From positions 2,046,001 to 2,110,000 of the forward strand of contig OZ024747.1 of assembly GCA_964016885.1 (NCBI GenBank): a stretch of DNA of 64,000 nucleotides, in the 5' to 3' direction. The stretch comes from Eledone cirrhosa. Its lineage: Eukaryota. Shown in pieces: positions 57,849-64,000 of the stretch (positions within the stretch are counted from its first letter, which is position 1; the number at the start of each line of letters is the position of its first letter). The position numbers were made by a program, and so were the translations under genes. Below the pieces are notes generated by a model. It worked only from the letters and a program-made list of their open reading frames with translations. It did no database searches and was not told the DNA's origin.

Positions 57849-59179
57849 GTTTATTAAATCAAACTACTTTTCACTTTCAATGCACTTTAAATCAAATAAA
57901 AATATTTAGATGCATTTTAGAGCAATGAAAATATTTAGATGCATAAAATGCATTAATAAAAGCTATTTATATATTTATACATACTTTAAACTACAGAAAT
58001 TTATTAAGTAATTACCTCTTTATTTAATAAATGAAGCATAATTATCAAGACTTCATATTTAGAATATCAAATTGAATTTGCCACAATTTAAAATATATTA
58101 TTTTTTTGTACATACATATGTAGGTATTTTATGTGTAGGTATTCTATGTGTGCAGGCATAGCAGATGTGTGTTTGTGTAAAAGGTAAGTGCAATGCTTTT
58201 ATATTTGTATATTTATAACATTTAACATGTTATATCTACACAACTTATATAAATATATAATTATCATAAATGAGTAATTTAAAATATATTACATTAATTG
58301 TTATAGATATATGTATATATATGCTACCTAGATATAGTTGTATCTATATATATATATAGTTGTACCTATATATATGGTTGTACCTATATACTATATATAT
58401 AGTTGTAGTGCACAACAGAATAATTTCATTATTAATACCTTATATCCTTACAGGGAAGATAAAATAAAGTACAAGTAATGCACTGAGATAATTGCTGGCC
58501 TTATGCCAAAAGTAGAAACAATTATTAATATATATACTTTATTATTGTTACTCTGGAGTTTCACCTGTGTACTCATAGGATCATGGGACAAATATATATA
58601 TGTGTGTATATATATATATATATATGGTTGTCAAGGAAGACCATGTATATATATATATATATATGGTTGTCAAGGAAGACCATGTATCTCTACTTGGAAA
58701 GTTTCTTTTCTCAGTGCATATCTGAGAATGTTTTCGTTTTTTTTTATGGAAGACCAGAAGTTTCTCTCCATGTCACTAATGTTCTTGAAGGAAAAGACAA
58801 GAACCAATACAGCAGTGTTATTGCATTTGAACTCAGATATAAAGATTTGAAACAAATACCACAAGGCATTTTTTCTGATGCTCTACCAATTCTGCCAATC
58901 CACTGCTTCTGCAGTCACTTTATCAATCTTGGAAGAATGAAAGACAGAATTAACCTAAATAGAATTTAAATTTCGACCATAGCAAGCAAGAACATATCAT
59001 GTGTTCTGATACTTTATCAATTCTGCTAATCCTTATATAAATAGGTAAATTATTATTATAAATAAATTACCTGACCTGGTCTATCTCTCAACAGGACAAC
59101 TCGTCTAACCCATGCTAGTGTAGTAAAATGGACGTTAAACAGCTTGTATACTATGTCTGTAATTATAATACAATAACAA

Positions 59180-59995
59180 TAATTGTTTCTACTTTTGGCA
59201 CAAGGCCAGCAATTACCCAGTGTATTACTGGTACTTTATTTTATCGACCCCATAAGGATGAAAGGCAAAGTTAACCTTGGCAGGATTTGAACTCAGAATG
59301 GCAAGGGCCGTAACTCCATGCGTCAAAGCATGGCATCCGACCATCTACTGATACTGCCAATCCACCAATAATTGTTTCTACTTTAGGCACAAGGCCAGCA
59401 ATCACCCAGTGCATTACTGGTACTTTATTTTATCGACCCCGTAAGGATGAAAGGCAAAGTCAACCTCGGCGGGATTTGAACTCAGATCATAAAGGGACGT
59501 AACTATGCTGGAAAGCATGGCGTCCGACCCTCTACCGATACTGCCAATCCACAGCCAGTACCACCAATCCACCAATAATAATAATAATAATAATGGTTTC
59601 TAATTTCAGAATAGGGCCTAACATTTGGGGAGAGAGGAAATTTGATTAAATCAATTTCACTACTTCTTGGCTGGTGGTTTATTCTCTTGGCCCAAGGGAA
59701 GTGAAAGGTAAAGTTGACCAGGGTTTATTCTCTTGACCCCAGGGGAATGAAAGGTAAAGTTGACCTTGGTATATTTACTTTACCCCAGTGGAGTGAAAAT
59801 GAAAGTTGACCTTGGTATATTTCCTTGACCCCAAGGGAGTGAAAGATAAAGTTGACCTTGGTATAATCTTTTGACCCCAGGGGAGTGAAAGGTAAAGTTG
59901 ACCGTGGCAAGATTTGAATTCAGAATGTAAAGCTATGGAGCAGAATCTACAAAGCATTTTGTCCAAGACTCTTCCAGTTCTGTCAAGTCACTGAA
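59180..59995 (-). mobile_element. Tandem SINE family A copies; third copy has an internally amplified core
   Basis: Full copies at 59180-59367 and 59368-59552. The 59592-59995 copy has about five repeats of ttgacccc...tgaaaggtaaagttgacc. Confidence 0.85.
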
Positions 59996-60656
59996 TAATA
60001 ATAATTGTCAGTTTTCACAAGTGACATTACTTAGCTAAGTCTACTTGAATATAGCTTCTGATTAACTGTCACTTCACTTTCTTCATAATTGATTCAATAA
60101 ACTGACACTTCTATAAAACCTTATTAAGAGAAAAGGGTTTTTTAAGAATAAAGAGATGTTTATCTACTGTCAAAGTACTTGTCTCACGTAAACTAGCAAC
60201 AGTCATTTATCGGAATAAAAGACAAATTAGTATTGAAAGTATTGCAACATGTCACTGCAAAACATTGTATATAAAGTGTTTAGTTTACTGCTTTGCTAAT
60301 CTTGCAAGAGTTTTCCTTATTTGAATATCATTTGTATAAAACTTCTTCTTGTTGTATGACATATGAACAATGGTTAGGGAGATAAAATTGGTGAGCCAGA
60401 CTAAGGTGTCATTTGTAGTATTAGGGGTTGTATAATGTCTGATGGGACAATCCCCACAAACACATGCAGCACTGTCTGGTCAAGGTTGCCACAGTTACAA
60501 GCTGGGCTGTCCCTCATTTTCCATTGATGGAGATAACAGGCTGTCCTGGCATCAATTGCATTAGTCAACCATTAAATATTATCTCTAAATTTTAATGCAA
60601 ATATTGAAAAACTTTAATCATTGTAGCATGGAAAATGGAATTTAAGTTAAAAATAA

Positions 60657-60707
<51 letters not shown>

Positions 60708-60711
60708 TAAT

Positions 60712-62712
60712 AATTGTTTCTACTTTTGGCACAAGGCCAACAATTATCCCAGAGTATTACTTTATTTTATCGACCCTGTAAGGCAAAGTTAACCCTTCAA
60801 ATCCCGCTGAGGTAAACTTTGCCTCTCATCCTTACGGGGTCGATAGAATAAAGTACCAGTAATACTCTATTTTAAATAACAGTTATTAATTTAAGTACAA
60901 GTACTTGATTTGTTCTTTATTTTATTGACATTGAAAGAATAAAAAGCAAAGGCGAATTCAGTAGGATTTGAACTAATACTGCCAAGCATTTGAACAACAA
61001 CAACAACAACAATAATAATTGTTCCTACTATAGGCACAAGGCCAGCAATTTGAAGGGCAGGAGAAAGCCAATTAAATCAACTTCCAGTGCATTACTGGTG
61101 CTTTATTTTAATGACCCCATAAGGATGAAAGGCAAAGCTAACCCCGGCGGGATTTGAACTCAGAATGCAAAGGGCCATAACTCTATGCTGCCGATGATCT
61201 ACAGATACTGACAATCCACTGCCCTAATAATAATAATAATAATAATAACAATAATAGGCATGCTTGTTGGGAACAGCAAGAACCCTCCGATATGTCCTGA
61301 ATATCTGAGGCTGCAGGTAGTGGCTTGATATTCATTTCAACAAACCTTCCAGTTAAATAACATCAATGATTGAGACTCAAAGAACAACAACAACAATAAT
61401 AATAATAATGATTTCATTTATTGGCCACAAGGGCCGACATATAGGGGACAACACAATAGACAGGGACAGTGGGGGTTTACATAGAGATCGAGTAAGTATA
61501 AATAACAAAAAACAAAATAACAATAAAAATACAACAATGACAGTTCCCCAATAAGAGGGATCACCACCCAGGGTTGACTCAAGCACCCCACCAGTCCTGA
61601 GCCACCCGACGCTCCTAGGACACCCGGGAAGAGCACCCCTCTCCTTCTCGAATTCACCAGCCTACAGGCGCATGATCAGAGTAGGCCCACACAAGGTCAG
61701 CAATTATCCCAGTGTATTACTGGTACTTTATTTTATCGACCCCAAAAGGATGAAAGGCAAAGTTAACCTGGGCGGGATTTGAACTCAGTCCGTAAAGGGA
61801 CGTAACTATGCTGGAGTAAAGTACTGTTGGTCTAAGGTCCTTGTTGAGACTCGACATGTAGTAGAAGATTCTGTAATCAAAATATTTACTGTGTAAACCA
61901 TCAATAATGACAAAGATGATGAAGATGATAATTATAATGATGATGATGATGACGATGAGAAACAAAACTCCATCATTTACTGTTAATATTCAAAATATTT
62001 CTCATGGGATTAAATCATTTTAAAATCTCCATGTTGAGTGTCAGTCAGTCTCCAGAATTATGAAACTAACCTTAATATTTTAAAAGAAACTAAAGATGAA
62101 TGTTGACAGTAAAATCTGTGAAAGACAAGCTGATTTGTAGATTATGAAGCTGTCCAACAGATATGACTCATCTTTAGATACATACACACAGCAACTTCTA
62201 TAAATTTATTATCTTCACATACAAATATTGTATGCAAAGATTTCTGTATATAATAGAATAGAAGAAGACTTCAACTGAAGAACAACTCAGTGTCACAGAA
62301 GATTTAAAAGCAATTTACATTAAATACAAAAGTGATTTGAAAGGTATTTTCAGCATTACAAGCTAATTAAAGGTACTAAGGTAATGTTCATAAAAGCTTG
62401 CACTGTTTGAATTATTCATTTCTCCATCACCAGCACCAGCACTACCCACACATATAGAGAGAACATTCTAATAATAATAATAATAATAGTAATAATAATA
62501 ATAATAATAATGGTTTCTTATATAGGCACAAGGCCAGCAATTTTTGGAGGAGAGGAAAGTTGTTAAAATCGACCCCTTGCATGACTGGTACATTATTTTA
62601 TTGACCCCGTAAGGATGAAAGGCAAAGTTAACCTCGGCGGGATTTGAACTCAGATCATAAAGGACCGTAACTCTATGCCGCAAAGCATGGCGTCCGACCC
62701 TCTGCCAATCCA
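60712..62712 (-). mobile_element. Further SINE family A copies (60712-60865 head-to-head junction; 61017-61224; 61688-61815; 62509-62712)
   Basis: Same core and tail, mostly adjoining (AAT)n tracts. Confidence 0.85.
61408..61690 (-). mobile_element. Tx1/L1-like LINE 3' end with (ATT)n tail
   Basis: Ends GPTLIMRL* (cf. GPSLYIRL* at 50056). 3'UTR is homologous to 1502-1715. AATAAA followed by (ATT)n. Confidence 0.65.
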
Positions 62713-63576
62713 AATAATAATAATAATAATAATAACAATAATAATAATAATAATCATCATAATTCCCAGCAAGTTGGATATTTAAATTTGGTAGATAAGC
62801 AAATTTTATCTGCTCTTCTGAAAATAAGATCCATTTAGAGAAATGAGAATTAGCTAAGGTAGTCTGTCTTGTAGGTACATTTACATAGCGGTCATTTATT
62901 GTAATATTGAAAGATTATAGTAAATAAGTGGCTGCTTGTTAAAGACAATTATATTTACAATAGGCACTGCAGTGTCTTAGTTGACAGGACAGGAAACAAC
63001 TGGACACAACTGGTTGTGACATTAGATATATTTGAGACAAGATGGAAACCATCAGCTTCATTTATATAATACTTGTAGAAAGGTTAAATTAGAGATGGTA
63101 CATGGCTGTATGGTTAAGGTGTTGGGCTCAGGATTGTAAGGTTGTGGGTTTGATTCACAGATGGAGCAGTGTGTTGTTTCCTTGAGCAATGTACTTCATT
63201 CCACTCAACTGAAATAGATGAATACCAGCAGCAGCAGCAGCAACAACATTGGCAGAAGTGGCTGCAGCATCATCATCATCATCAGCTGCAGCAGCATCAG
63301 CAGTAATAGTAGCAGCATCAGCAGCAGTAGTAGCAGCATCAGCAGTAGTAGCATCATCATCATCATGAGCAGCAGCAGCAACAGCAGCAGCATCGGCAGC
63401 ATCAGAAGCAGTAGAAGCAGCAGCAGCAAGAGCAGTAACTGGCAGCTAACTTTGTGATGGTTTAGTGTCATGTTGATGGGGTGGCGGTAGTTTTGTACGG
63501 TCCATTCCTTGACCCTACATCAAACTGGTGACCTCTAGGCTGAAGAGAGGATTTAACAGATGGACATGATCTGGTT

Positions 63577-64000
63577 CATTGGTACAGTGACCTGACACTG
63601 GTACAGTGACCTGACATTGGTACAGTGACCTGTCATTGGTACAGTGACCTGTCATTGGTACAGTGACCTGACATTGGTACAGTCCTGTCATTGGTACAGT
63701 GACCTGACATTGGTACAGTGACCTGACATTGGCACAGTGATCTGGTTCATTGGTACAGTGACCTGACACTGGTACAGTGACCTGACATTGGTACAGCGAC
63801 CTGACATTGGTACAGTCCTGTCATTGGTACAGTGACCTGACATTGGTACAGTGACCTGACATTGGTACAGTGACCTGACATTGGTACAGTGACCTGACAT
63901 TGGTACAGAGACCTGTCATTGGTACAGTGACCTGACATTGGTACAGTGACCTGATATTGGTACAGTGACCTGACATTGGTACAGTGACCTGACATTGGTA
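63577..64000. repeat. 19-bp minisatellite running off the window end
   Basis: cattggtacagtgacctga. Confidence 0.95.

Noticed and set aside
63205-63471. Poly-Ser/Leu/Gln ORFs (also 934-1212 and 48238-48510)
   Set aside because: Trinucleotide low-complexity tracts without splice or domain support.

Overview
AT-rich, microsatellite-saturated eukaryotic DNA, most likely from a coleoid cephalopod (octopus). This is inferred from the protocadherin style and the SINE landscape and was not verified by any search. The only well-supported protein-coding gene is a + strand six-cadherin-repeat protocadherin. Its large exon (acceptor AG 27316-27317, ATG 27354) encodes the signal peptide, EC1-EC6 and the TM segment and runs into a 200-N gap (29562-29761). 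Two phase-compatible cytoplasmic exons follow (35510-35654, 36388-36656). A candidate non-coding first exon lies about 18 kb upstream (9046-9202), and a candidate alternative 3' exon pair lies at 37241-37326 and 39082-39102. The rest is repeats: several tRNA-derived SINE families, fragments of RTE, Tx1-like and CRE-like LINEs, hAT, piggyBac and Tc1 MITEs with TSDs, Penelope-like termini, many minisatellites and kb-long (TA)n arrays. Almost all ORFs in the supplied track are microsatellite artefacts. The most notable observations are (i) a set of type I hammerhead ribozyme motifs sharing an unusual U.U closure of stem II, with one intact copy antisense inside a protocadherin intron; (ii) a 3'UTR hairpin whose only two mismatches are A:C (ADAR-type); (iii) loss of Ca2+-binding residues at the EC3-EC4 linker; (iv) an orphan TM-encoding exon; and (v) a chimeric CRE/tRNA-like/RTE-tail element. 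Nothing here proves a new biological system; these are testable leads.
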